Part shown: positions 33,608 to 42,658 of the stretch, one piece after another
Numbering within the stretch: position 1 is the stretch's first letter
Layout of the letters: each line of letters begins with the position of its first letter
NCBI GenBank assembly: GCA_038230355.1
Contig: JBBRNK010000014.1
Coordinates: 24,747 to 88,746 of the forward strand
Reading direction: 5' to 3'
DNA from: Mycobacteriales bacterium
GTDB taxonomy: Bacteria; Actinomycetota; Actinomycetes; Mycobacteriales; SCTD01
Length of the DNA stretch: 64,000 bases
The notes under the pieces: generated by a model
Database searches by the model: none
Seen by the model: the letters and a program-made list of their open reading frames with translations, nothing else
Told to the model about the DNA's origin: nothing
Program-made: the position numbers and the translations under genes

Positions 33608-34436
33608 GGGCCGCCCCTGCGACGGGGTGGAAGACGCAGCCGACGGTACCGATCCCCACGTGCACGGCGACCGAAGGTCCCATGTCGTAGCGCACGAGCT
33701 GCTCCACGTCGCAGGCTTCGCGCAGTCCGCTCTCGAGGGCATCGGCGAGGGCAGCCGCGCCCAGATGACCGACTCCGACACGGAGGCGCACACCCGCGGA
33801 CTGCTCCCGCACATAGCCGACGAGAGCCTTCACTGCCCCGTCGACGTCACCGACCCGACCGACCGGGGTCATCCCGCCCTCAGCCAGGGCCAGCACCGGG
33901 ATCGCATCGGCGGCGGCGGACCGCGCCAGCCGACCTCCACCGACGGCCAGCGCGAGCGTGCCCACGACGAAGACGTTGCCCATCGCCTCCGCCGTGCGAC
34001 GGGCGACGTCGGCCGCCGCGAGGACGTCCCCACCGGCGGCAAGCACCTCACCCGCAGCCCATACGCACAAGGACACCGGGAAGCTCGCCGACCGGGTGTC
34101 GACGACCTCGACGGGGACCCGAGCCATCGAGGCTGCCAGCCGCGCCGAGTTGGCGACCCCGGAGATGTCCCCCCCGGCGTGGATCGACAGCACCTGCGTC
34201 GCCCCCTCGTCGGCGGCCCGCTCGTACGCTGCGAGGACCTGCCCAGGGCTCGGGGTTGACGAGCCCACAACGGCACCACGCTCGAGGGCTGCCGTGACCC
34301 CGGCCAGGTCGAGGTCCACGCCTTCCAGATGGGCGACACCGTCGACGACCACGGTCATCGGTACGACGAGGACGCCGTACTCCTGCTGCAGGGCAACGGG
34401 AAGCTGGCTGTTGGAGTCGGTGACGAGGCCGATCAC
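33564..34436 (-). CDS. DegV-family fatty-acid-binding protein (FakB-like)
   Basis: 290 aa. N-terminal IGLVTDSNSQLP, STPSPGQ, and a C-terminal GPSVAVHVGIGTVG. The 3' end overlaps the convergent monooxygenase gene by 44 nt. Confidence 0.85.
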   Translation of the reverse strand: MIGLVTDSNSQLPVALQQEYGVLVVPMTVVVDGVAHLEGVDLDLAGVTAALERGAVVGSSTPSPGQVLAAYERAADEGATQVLSIHAGGDISGVANSARLAASMARVPVEVVDTRSASFPVSLCVWAAGEVLAAGGDVLAAADVARRTAEAMGNVFVVGTLALAVGGGRLARSAAADAIPVLALAEGGMTPVGRVGDVDGAVKALVGYVREQSAGVRLRVGVGHLGAAALADALESGLREACDVEQLVRYDMGPSVAVHVGIGTVGCVFHPVAGAALRAGLRLPSAGAGS

Positions 34437-35782
34437 GACGGGCGGGCTGGGCGCGGCTTGCGGTCACCGAAGCCGAAGAGCTGCCCGGCGGCCTGTTGCA
34501 CTGCCATCGACCAGGTCGGGTAGGAGTGCGAGGTCTGCGCGAGCCGCCCCACGAGCAGCCCGCAGCGCATCACCAGGGCCACCTCGGCCATCATCTCGCC
34601 GGCCCGCTCCGCCACGATCGTGGCACCGAGCACCCGACCTCCGCCTGCGTTGCGGGTCAGCGGCTTCGGGCCGACGATCAGCTTGACGAAGCCCTCTGTG
34701 CGCCCGGCGGTGCGGGCGCGGTCGAGCTCGGCCATCGGCAGCTCCACGACGCGGGCGTCCTTGTGCTGCTCGGCGGCCTGGGCCTCGGTCAGCCCGATAC
34801 GGGCGACCTCGGGGTCGGTGAAGGTCACCCAGGGCACGGCGTTCTCGGCGAACTTCAAAGGCTTGCGGGTCAATGCGCTGGTCGCCGCGATCCGGCCCAT
34901 CTCATCGGCCGCGTGCGTGAAGGGCAGGCGGCCGGTCACGTCGCCCGCGGCATAGACGTTCTTGACGGAGGTGCGCATCCGCAGGTCGACCTCGACACTG
35001 CCCTGCTTGGTCATGGCCAGCCCGAGCGGCTCGAGACCGGCGGAGGACGGCTTGCGGCCGACGGCAACCAGCAGGTGACTCACCTCGAACGAGCCCTGGT
35101 CGGTCATGACCTGCATGCCGCCGTCGGTGCGGGCGACGGCCTCGACCTTGGTCCCAACGCGCAGGTCGATGCCCCTACGGGTCAGGGCGGCGTGCACCAC
35201 CTCGGAGGCCTCCGGCTCCTCCTTGCTCAGGATGCGGTCGGCCGACTCGAGGACGGTCACCTCGCAGCCGAGGCCGCGGAAGGCCTGGGCCATCTCACAA
35301 CCGATCGCCCCGCCGCCCAGGACCGCGAGGTGCCGGGGGGCTTCGGTGAGCCCGAACATGGTCTCGTTGGTGAGGTAGTCGACGGTCTCGATCCCAGGCA
35401 GCTTCGGGACGACCGGCGAGCTCCCGGTGGCCACCACGAGCTTGCGCGAGCGCAGGGTGCGGCCCCCGACCTGCACGGTCCCCGGACCGGTGAAGACGGC
35501 CCGACCGAGGACGACCTCGATTCCCTCGTGCTCGAGGACGGCGACATTCTCATCGGCAGCGATCCCGGCGATGGTGTCCTGCACCCGCACCATGGCGTCG
35601 CCGAAGGGCATTCCCGCCGAGGCGAGCAGCGTCTTCGACGGCACGCACCCGCTGAAGGTGCAGTCGCCCCCCGGAGGTCCGTCGGTGACCATGACGACGG
35701 TCTTGCCGAAGCGGCGTGCCGAGCGGGCGGCCGAGATGGCCGCGGCGCCCCCGCCAATGACGAGCAGGTCTGGGTCGGTCAT
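34433..35782 (-). CDS. FAD-dependent pyridine nucleotide-disulfide oxidoreductase (dihydrolipoyl dehydrogenase / mercuric reductase-like)
   Basis: 449 aa. VIGGGAAA FAD fold, redox-active GGDCTFSGCVPSK, NAD fold VLGGGAIGCE, and a C-terminal HSYPT dimerisation motif. Confidence 0.85.
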   Translation of the reverse strand: MTDPDLLVIGGGAAAISAARSARRFGKTVVMVTDGPPGGDCTFSGCVPSKTLLASAGMPFGDAMVRVQDTIAGIAADENVAVLEHEGIEVVLGRAVFTGPGTVQVGGRTLRSRKLVVATGSSPVVPKLPGIETVDYLTNETMFGLTEAPRHLAVLGGGAIGCEMAQAFRGLGCEVTVLESADRILSKEEPEASEVVHAALTRRGIDLRVGTKVEAVARTDGGMQVMTDQGSFEVSHLLVAVGRKPSSAGLEPLGLAMTKQGSVEVDLRMRTSVKNVYAAGDVTGRLPFTHAADEMGRIAATSALTRKPLKFAENAVPWVTFTDPEVARIGLTEAQAAEQHKDARVVELPMAELDRARTAGRTEGFVKLIVGPKPLTRNAGGGRVLGATIVAERAGEMMAEVALVMRCGLLVGRLAQTSHSYPTWSMAVQQAAGQLFGFGDRKPRPARPS

Positions 35783-35791
35783 CTGGCCACC

Positions 35792-37201
35792 CTAGGCCTC
35801 AGGCTGCCCTCCGTCGGCGGTAGCGACGAGCTCGGCCAGGGACTCGCGCAGGTATCCGGCGAGGACGTCGAGGTCGGGCACGTTGTCGGCGTCCGCGATC
35901 AAGCCGTAGGTGACCCGTCCGTGATAGCTGATGATCGCGATGGCGAGCGTGTGCTCGGGCGCGAGGAAGGCCAGCGGCACGAGCTCCTCGAGCTGTCGGC
36001 CGAGCAGGTAGATCGGGATCTGCGGACCGGGCACGTTGGTGACGAGCAGGTTGTAGAGCCTGCTCGAGAAGCCGAGCCGGGACGCCCGGGCGAGCATCGC
36101 CGGCGGCAAGGCGTTCTCGAGCGACGTGAGCACCTTCGCCCCCTCGGCCTGCTTGCTGGACTTGAGGTGCTCCATGGACGCCCGCACCGAGGCGAGGCGG
36201 GCGCGGGGGTCGGTCGTACCGACGGGGAGGGGAGCCATCATGATGGCGATCTCGTTGCCGAGCGCGCCCTTGTTGGCCTCGGACCGCAGCGACACCGGGA
36301 CGCAGGCCCGCAGGGTCAGCTCGCTGGTGTCCATACCGCGGTCGGTGAGGAAGCGCCCGAGAGCGCCCGCGACGGCGGCGAGGACGACGTCGTTGACCGT
36401 CGCGCCGCCGGAGGACGCCTTGACCTTCTTGTAGTCCGCGAGGGCGGTGTGGACGATCGCCACGAGGCGGTGCGGACCGGGCTTGGTGTTCAGCGGCGTC
36501 TTGGGGGCGGAGTCGACGAGCGGCTTGGCGGTCTCGGCAAGGGCCGCGAGGGCGCCGAAGGTCGACCGGACGGCGTCCTGTGGGTGAAGCGCCATGCCGA
36601 GACCGACCCTGGACAGCTCGACGACGTTGCGCACCAGGCCCTGCGTGCCGGCGGTGAGCAGCTCAACCGCTCCGGGGGTCGGCTGCGGTGACCAGGCCGG
36701 CGGGACCTCGTCGCTGACGGCGCGCTCGACGTCGAACAGCACCGTCAGGAGGTCGACGCCGCTGACGCCGTCGACCATCGCGTGATGGGTCTTGGAGATG
36801 ATCGCCCAGCGACCATCCTCGAGCCCCTCGACGAGCCACATCTCCCAGAGCGGCTTGGTGCGGTCCAGCCGCTGACCGACGACGCGGTCCACCAGGGTGA
36901 GCAGCTCGCGCTCGCTCCCGGGCGGGGGCAGCGCGGTGTGCCGGACGTGGAACTCGAGCCGGAAGGTCGTGTCCTCCACCCAGAGCGGACGGCCGGTGCC
37001 GAGAGGCATCTCCTGGATCCGCTGCCGGTAGCGCGGGAGCCGTGGCAGGCGGGCGTCGATGTGGGCGCGGAACGCCTCGATGGAGGGCGCCCGGCCCTCG
37101 AACACCCCCAGCGCGCCGATGTGCATGTGCGCGCCGTCCTCCTCCATGTGCAGGAAGCCCGCGTCGATGCTGCTGAGACGGTCGAGGTGCCCCTGTGCCA
37201 T
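35792..37201 (-). CDS. wax ester synthase/diacylglycerol acyltransferase (WS/DGAT)
   Basis: 469 aa from ATG 37201. Active-site HHAMVDG, with NVPGP downstream. The computed ORF's 5' extension to 38317 is antisense to qor and Arg/Gly/Pro-rich. Confidence 0.9.
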   Translation of the reverse strand: MAQGHLDRLSSIDAGFLHMEEDGAHMHIGALGVFEGRAPSIEAFRAHIDARLPRLPRYRQRIQEMPLGTGRPLWVEDTTFRLEFHVRHTALPPPGSERELLTLVDRVVGQRLDRTKPLWEMWLVEGLEDGRWAIISKTHHAMVDGVSGVDLLTVLFDVERAVSDEVPPAWSPQPTPGAVELLTAGTQGLVRNVVELSRVGLGMALHPQDAVRSTFGALAALAETAKPLVDSAPKTPLNTKPGPHRLVAIVHTALADYKKVKASSGGATVNDVVLAAVAGALGRFLTDRGMDTSELTLRACVPVSLRSEANKGALGNEIAIMMAPLPVGTTDPRARLASVRASMEHLKSSKQAEGAKVLTSLENALPPAMLARASRLGFSSRLYNLLVTNVPGPQIPIYLLGRQLEELVPLAFLAPEHTLAIAIISYHGRVTYGLIADADNVPDLDVLAGYLRESLAELVATADGGQPEA

Positions 37202-37260
37202 GCGTGCCCTCCAGGGCAATCGTCGGTGACAGTCGTCGCTGCAAGGCTTCGCTGGAAAGC

Positions 37261-37279
37261 AGAGTGCCAGATGCACTCT
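37261..37279. promoter_or_regulatory. 7-5-7 inverted repeat AGAGTGC-CAGAT-GCACTCT in the WS/DGAT-qor divergent intergenic region
   Basis: Perfect inverted repeat read directly from the sequence; 60 nt upstream of the WS/DGAT start and 109 nt upstream of the qor start. Confidence 0.25.
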
Positions 37280-37387
37280 CACGGGCGGGGCGGCATGACC
37301 CGGGTGCACCGACGGGCGCCCGCGGGGGGCTAGTAGAACGCCACCTTGCGGCCCTAGCGAGAGCTGGCCCCTCCTAGGGTGAGAGCC

Positions 37388-38347
37388 ATGCAGGCCATCA
37401 CCCTCCCCTCGTACGGCGGACCCGAGGTCCTCACCCTGGCTACGGTGGACGACCCTGTGGCCGGCCCGGGGGAGGTCCTCGTCGATGTGACCGCCACCGC
37501 GGTGAACCGGGCGGACCTCCTTCAGCGCCAGGGCTTCTACAACCCGCCTCCCGGCGCGTCGCCCTACCCGGGGCTGGAGTGCAGCGGCGTGATCAGCGCC
37601 CTCGGCGCGGGTGTCGCGGGCTGGGCTGTCGGCGACCAGGTGTGCGCGCTGCTGTCGGGAGGCGGCTACGCCGAGAGGGTCGCCGTACCCGTGGGGCAGC
37701 TGCTGCCCGTCCCTGCCGGTGTCTCGCTGGTCGAGGCGGCGGCGCTGCCCGAGGTGGCCTGCACCGTCTGGTCCAACGTCTTCGCGCTCGCGGGGCTCCA
37801 GCCCGGCGAGCGGCTGCTCGTGCACGGTGGTACCTCGGGCATCGGGACGATGGCGATCCAGCTGGCCGTCCGTCACGGCGCCGAGGTCGTCGTCACGGTC
37901 GGGTCGACGCAGAAGGCTGGGCGCGCCCTGGAGCTCGGGGCGAGCCGGGCGGTTCTCTACAAGGACGAGGACTTCGTCGCGGCCGGGCCCTTCGACGTCA
38001 TCCTCGACAACATGGGTGCGAAGTACCTCGCCCGCAACGTCGAGGCCCTCGCGACCGACGGCCGCCTGGTCGTGATCGGGATGCAGGGTGGTGCGTCGGC
38101 CGAGCTCAACCTGGGGCAGCTGATGCAGAAACGGGCGGCGGTGCACGCGACCTCCCTCCGGGCGCGCCCGGCGAGGGAGAAGGCCGACATCGTCGCCGCG
38201 GTCCTCGGCGCTGTCTGGCCCTGGATTGCCGCGGGCGATGTCACACCGATCGTCGACCAGGTGCTCCCGCTGTCCGCCGCCGCCGACGCCCACCGGGTCG
38301 TCGAGGCGTCCACGCACATCGGCAAGGTGCTGCTGCAGGTCCGCTGA
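37388..38347 (+). CDS. qor: NAD(P)H:quinone oxidoreductase (zeta-crystallin family MDR)
   Basis: MQAITLPSYGGPEVL..., NRADLLQRQGFY, and VHGGTSGIGT nucleotide fold. Confidence 0.85.
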   Translation: MQAITLPSYGGPEVLTLATVDDPVAGPGEVLVDVTATAVNRADLLQRQGFYNPPPGASPYPGLECSGVISALGAGVAGWAVGDQVCALLSGGGYAERVAVPVGQLLPVPAGVSLVEAAALPEVACTVWSNVFALAGLQPGERLLVHGGTSGIGTMAIQLAVRHGAEVVVTVGSTQKAGRALELGASRAVLYKDEDFVAAGPFDVILDNMGAKYLARNVEALATDGRLVVIGMQGGASAELNLGQLMQKRAAVHATSLRARPAREKADIVAAVLGAVWPWIAAGDVTPIVDQVLPLSAAADAHRVVEASTHIGKVLLQVR

Positions 38348-38396
38348 CCCGACCCCAGGATCACGAGTTCGGACGACTTCGTCCTACGGGACAGTG

Positions 38397-39251
38397 CTAC
38401 AGGCCGGGGCCCATCCGGCCGAAGGTGCCCGCCTCGGAGATCGCCTTGCTCAGCGGCCGGACCAGGTCGCGCAGCCGCGCGGCCCCGTCCTCGCCGATGC
38501 GCTCCCACGCGGGAAGGGCCAGCTGGTCGGTCAGCAGCTCGATGGCCTCGCGCCGGGCGGTGCCGTCCTCGCTCAGGCTCCCGTCAGCGTGCAGCCAGCC
38601 GCGTGCACCGAGGGAGGCGGCGGCGGCGTCCCACTCCTCGTCGCTGTAGACGCGGGTGGCCTGCAGGGCCTGGCGGTTCCACGGGGAGCCGGGCATCGCG
38701 ACGTGCAGGATGGTCGCCTCCAGTCCGGTGAGGCCGGCCGCGACGAGAGCGGCGATATGGCCGTCGCCGCGGAACTCGCGCAGCAGGGTGACGGCATGCC
38801 ACAGCTGCAGGTGCGGTGGCTCCGGCCACGTCAGCGCCGCGTGCGCGGCGTAGAGCGGACGCCCGTACGGCGTACAGCCCTCTGTTGCCTTGCGAGCCAG
38901 GCCGACGGCCTCGCCGAGGTCGGCGAGCTGGTCGCCGCAGATTCGGGTGAGGGCACGGTCGGCGCCACGCAGCCGGGCGCCCAGCAGGTCCTCCGGCGAG
39001 GCGATGTCCCAGACGCCAGTGATGCCGAACTGCACCGCGACGGGCGAGAAGTTGAAGAAGGTCGCGTGCACCGTCGGCCAGGTCACCGCACCCATGGCTG
39101 CGGCCCGCGCGGGGAAGTACCCGACGGCCCGGTTGGCCTTGCTGTCCAGGCCGAGGGCGGCGTACTCCTCCTGGGCCTCGGGGACGAAGTAGACCATCGC
39201 GTGGTAGGGCTCGAGGGTCCGGTGCGTGCTGCGGGCGATGTCCGGGTTCAC
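38397..39251 (-). CDS. conserved actinobacterial hypothetical protein (resembles the family I recall as SCO6745-type)
   Basis: 284 aa with non-shadow composition. N-terminal LEPYHAMVYFVPEA...YFPARAAAMG. Family name is from memory only. Confidence 0.55.
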   Translation of the reverse strand: MNPDIARSTHRTLEPYHAMVYFVPEAQEEYAALGLDSKANRAVGYFPARAAAMGAVTWPTVHATFFNFSPVAVQFGITGVWDIASPEDLLGARLRGADRALTRICGDQLADLGEAVGLARKATEGCTPYGRPLYAAHAALTWPEPPHLQLWHAVTLLREFRGDGHIAALVAAGLTGLEATILHVAMPGSPWNRQALQATRVYSDEEWDAAAASLGARGWLHADGSLSEDGTARREAIELLTDQLALPAWERIGEDGAARLRDLVRPLSKAISEAGTFGRMGPGL

Positions 39252-39391
39252 AGGGTGTCCAGGAGGCGGTCGACGTCGTCCGCAACGAACCCCGGGACCT
39301 GCGTCCCACCGGGTCCGTCGACGTGCGCGAGCCCCTCGGCGAGGGCGGGGAAGTGGCTTCGGATGTCCATGCCGAGAAGGTATGCGCTTGG

Positions 39392-39919
39392 ATGGGTTCC
39401 ATGAGCAGCGACACCGGTCACCCCCAGAGCATCGTTCTTGTCGGGGAGGATGGCCAGCAGGTCGTCGTACCCCAGGCGACCGGCGACGAGGAGCGCAGCC
39501 CGGCTGACCTCGTGGAGCAACCGGCGAAGGTCATGCGCATCGGCTCGATGGTCAAGCAGCTGCTCGAGGAGGTTCGCACGGCGCCGCTCGACGACGCCGC
39601 CCGGACCCGCTTGCGGGAGATCCACCAGAGCTCGATCAAGGAGCTGGAGGAGGGGCTCGCCCCGGAGCTGCACGACGAGCTCGAGCGCCTCACGCTGCCT
39701 TTCACCGACGATGTCATTCCCTCCGACGCCGAGCTGCGGATCGCGCAGGCGCAGCTGGTCGGCTGGCTCGAAGGGTTGTTCCACGGGATCCAGACGGCGC
39801 TGTTCGCGCAGCAGATGGCTGCCAGGGTTCAGCTCGAGCAGATGCGCGGTGGCCAGGCAGCCCTGCCTCCCGGCTCGTTGCCGTCCGGCCCGAACTCCAG
39901 CACCGGTCAGTACCTGTAG
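39392..39919 (+). CDS. bpa: bacterial proteasome activator Bpa/PafE
   Basis: 175 aa helical protein ending in the proteasome-docking GQYL C-terminus. GAGAAGG lies 11 nt upstream of ATG 39392. Confidence 0.85.
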   Translation: MGSMSSDTGHPQSIVLVGEDGQQVVVPQATGDEERSPADLVEQPAKVMRIGSMVKQLLEEVRTAPLDDAARTRLREIHQSSIKELEEGLAPELHDELERLTLPFTDDVIPSDAELRIAQAQLVGWLEGLFHGIQTALFAQQMAARVQLEQMRGGQAALPPGSLPSGPNSSTGQYL

Positions 39920-39969
39920 CCGTAGTGGTGTTTCCACCGGTGTGACGGCCCGCCGGCGGCAGGGAACAG

Positions 39970-40758
39970 TCAGAACCAGCGGGCGAGAACCTCGGCGACA
40001 CCGTCGTCGTCATTGGATGTCGTCACCTCGTCGGCAATGTGGAGGACCGAAGGGTGGGCATTGGCGACGGCGACACCAAGGCCTGCCCAGGTCAGCATCG
40101 GCAGGTCGTTCGGCATGTCCCCGAACGCCACGACATCGGCGGCGGGGATGCCCCTTTCGGCGGCGAGGCGAGCCAGACCGGTGGCCTTGGAGACGCCGGC
40201 CGCGCTGATCTCAAGCAGCCCGTCGCTGGAGGAGTGGGTCAGGGTCACCGCGTCGCCGACGGCGGCGACGGCGGCGGCGAGCAGCTCATCGGAGCCGAAG
40301 CCCTCGTGACGGGCGAGCAGCTTCACCACGTCGGATGACAGCAGGTCGTCGACGTGCGCGGTGCTGCGCGGGTCCGCCGAGTCCCAACGGGGGACGTACG
40401 TCGGTTCGTGGGCGAAGGGCTGACCCAGTGGCTCTACCGCGAAGGTGATGCCAGGAATCGCCTCGCGCAAGGCGGTGGCGACGTCGCGACCGACGGTGGA
40501 GGGGAGCAGGAAGGACTCGAGGACCTGCTCGGCGTGCAGGTCGTAGACCACAGCACCGTTGGCGCAGACCGCGATGCCGTGATGGCCGGTCTGGTCGGCG
40601 ACGACCTTCATCCAACGGGTCGGCCGGCCGGTGACCATGACGAACGGGACACCGGCCGCCTCCACCGCTGAGATGGCGGCCTTGGTGCGTACCGAGATGG
40701 TCCCGTCGGAGCGGACGATCGTGCCGTCGAGGTCCGAGGCGACCAGCCGGGGGGTCAC
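39970..40758 (-). CDS. Cof-type HAD-IIB phosphatase
   Basis: 262 aa. [10 protein letters not shown] motif I, VMVTGRP, and [10 protein letters not shown] motif IV. Confidence 0.85.
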   Translation of the reverse strand: MTPRLVASDLDGTIVRSDGTISVRTKAAISAVEAAGVPFVMVTGRPTRWMKVVADQTGHHGIAVCANGAVVYDLHAEQVLESFLLPSTVGRDVATALREAIPGITFAVEPLGQPFAHEPTYVPRWDSADPRSTAHVDDLLSSDVVKLLARHEGFGSDELLAAAVAAVGDAVTLTHSSSDGLLEISAAGVSKATGLARLAAERGIPAADVVAFGDMPNDLPMLTWAGLGVAVANAHPSVLHIADEVTTSNDDDGVAEVLARWF

Positions 40759-42008
40759 GGCGTGAGCTCGGTGACGCCACCGAGGAAGGGGCGTAGCGCG
40801 ACGGGAACGTGTACCGACCCGTCCGCCCGCTGGTGCACCTCGAGCAGGACGGCGATGGTGCGGCCCACCGCGCAGAGCGTCCCGTTGAGGGTGGCGGCCA
40901 CGCGGGGGCCGTCCGGCGTACGACCTCGCACGTTGAGACGGCGGGCCTGGAAGTCGGTGCAGTTGGACGTGGAGGTGAGCTCGAGCCAGCGCTCCTGCGA
41001 CGGCAGCCAGGCCTCGTTGTCGAACTTGCGGCAGGCGCTGGATCCGAGGTCGCCGGCCGCGACGTCGATCGTGCGGAACGTCAGTTCGAGGTCACCGAGG
41101 AACGCCTTCTCCTGCTCGAGCAGGCGGGCGTGCTCGGCCTCGGCGTCAGCCACCTCGACGTAGGAGAACATCTCCACCTTGTCGAACTGGTGGACCCGGA
41201 TGATGCCGCGGGTGTCCTTACCGTGGCTGCCCGCCTCCCGCCGGAAGCAGGACGAGAAGCCCGCGTAGCGCAGGGGAAGCGCGTCGAGAACCTCGCCGGA
41301 GTGGTAGGCAGCGAGGGGCACCTCGGAGGTACCGACGAGGTACAGGTCGTCGGCCTCGAGCTTGTAGACCTCTGCCGCGTGGGCACCCAGGAAGCCGGTG
41401 CCCTCCATGGCCTCGGGGCGTACCAGCGCCGGAGCGATGACCGGGATGAAGCCGGCCGCGACGGCCCGGGCCATGGCCAGGTTCACCAGGGCCAGCTCGA
41501 GCAGCGCACCAGGACCGGTGAGGAAGGCGAAGCGCGAGCCGGAGACCTTGGCGCCGCGCTCGGTGTCGATGGCCTTGAGGATCTCACCGACCGCCAGGTG
41601 GTCCCGGACCTCGAAGTCGTAGGTCGGCACCTCGCCGGTCTGCCCGAGTACGACGAAGTCGGCCTCGCCACCGGGGGGCGTGAGGGGGTGCACGACGTTC
41701 GGGATCGCCAGGTGGGCCGCGCGAAGCGCCTCGTCAGCGGCGCTCTGCGCGACCTCGGCCTCCTTGACCTCGGCGGCCAGGGCCTTCGCGCGCTCGAGCA
41801 CAGCGGGACGCTGCTCGGCCGTGGCGGTGCGGACCGACTGGCTGGCGGCTTTCTGCTCACCGCGAAGGTTGTCGGCCCGACTGACCGCGGCGCGACGCTC
41901 CTCGTCGGCCTTGAGCAGGGCGTCGACGAGGGACGGATCGTCGCCGCGGGCGGTCTGGGAGGCGCGGACCCGGTCGGGGTCCTCACGCAGGAGCTTCAGG
42001 TCGATCAC
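40755..42008 (-). CDS. serS: serine--tRNA ligase
   Basis: 417 aa. [13 protein letters not shown]-terminal coiled-coil arm and class II motifs ([31 protein letters not shown]). Confidence 0.95.
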   Translation of the reverse strand: MIDLKLLREDPDRVRASQTARGDDPSLVDALLKADEERRAAVSRADNLRGEQKAASQSVRTATAEQRPAVLERAKALAAEVKEAEVAQSAADEALRAAHLAIPNVVHPLTPPGGEADFVVLGQTGEVPTYDFEVRDHLAVGEILKAIDTERGAKVSGSRFAFLTGPGALLELALVNLAMARAVAAGFIPVIAPALVRPEAMEGTGFLGAHAAEVYKLEADDLYLVGTSEVPLAAYHSGEVLDALPLRYAGFSSCFRREAGSHGKDTRGIIRVHQFDKVEMFSYVEVADAEAEHARLLEQEKAFLGDLELTFRTIDVAAGDLGSSACRKFDNEAWLPSQERWLELTSTSNCTDFQARRLNVRGRTPDGPRVAATLNGTLCAVGRTIAVLLEVHQRADGSVHVPVALRPFLGGVTELTP

Positions 42009-42040
42009 CCCCCCAGGCTATCGGGGCGGCAGGAGCAGGT

Positions 42041-42589
42041 TCAGTGCCGGGAGAAGCGCCCGCGGCGCTGGGGCTCGGCTTCCGTGACCTCTCGCGGCTG
42101 TACGGCGGTGCGGGTCGCGTAGCCGATCGCCTGCAGCTCCTCGGGGCTGAGCGAGTGGTCGCTCTCCCCTGCCTTGACGCCCTTGGCGTAGGTGCGGGTC
42201 TCGGACCGCCCGTTGATCGAGGTGAGCACGAGGCCGTCGCCGGCATCGTCCAGCAGAGCCGCGCTGAACGACAGGCGCCCGCCCATGTCCCCGAAGGCGT
42301 CGTACCGCACGACCGCGACGTGCCGGAGCGCATCGGACAGGTCGGCGCGGGCAGCTGACAGGTCGTCACGGAGCCGACCGACGTCGGTGCGCAGGGCCTC
42401 GGACTCGCGGTGCTGGCGGCTCACCGCGTCGACGAAGGTGGCGCTGTTGTCGCCGCCGGTCAGGTCTCGGTGCGCGCGACTGAGCTTGTTGAACCGCACC
42501 AGCAGGGCAACCGCGAGGCCGAAGGTCAGGACCGCCACCCCGGCCGCGGCGAGGGAGACGAACTCCAGGGTCTGGCGGTCGAGGAGCAC
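42041..42589 (-). CDS. DUF4446-family membrane-anchored protein
   Basis: 182 aa. N-terminal TM, then VAVVRYDAFGDMGGRLSFSAALLD...SLSPEE, typical of DUF4446. Confidence 0.7.
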   Translation of the reverse strand: MLLDRQTLEFVSLAAAGVAVLTFGLAVALLVRFNKLSRAHRDLTGGDNSATFVDAVSRQHRESEALRTDVGRLRDDLSAARADLSDALRHVAVVRYDAFGDMGGRLSFSAALLDDAGDGLVLTSINGRSETRTYAKGVKAGESDHSLSPEELQAIGYATRTAVQPREVTEAEPQRRGRFSRH

Positions 42590-42658
42590 GTGCCAAGACT
42601 ACCGACCCGACCGATGATCATTGGCTGCCCGGCGCGGACGGCTGACTAAAGTGCGCAG

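Noticed and set aside
34496-36691. 731-aa ORF on the plus strand
   Set aside because: It is antisense to the disulfide oxidoreductase and WS/DGAT genes. Composition is dominated by G/R/D/E/H/P and no motifs are present; shadow ORF.
37202-38317. 5' extension of the WS/DGAT ORF (computed ORF 35792..38317, 841 aa)
   Set aside because: The extension is antisense to the well-supported qor gene and is Arg/Pro/Gly-rich. The WS/DGAT family N-terminus (MAQGHLDRLSSIDAGFLHMEE) begins at ATG 37201.
38371-38384. GGACGA-CT-TCGTCC inverted repeat between the convergent qor and the hypothetical gene, as a possible bidirectional terminator
   Set aside because: The effective stem is only 5 bp with a 4-nt loop, and there is no flanking T/A tract. 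This is too weak to call.
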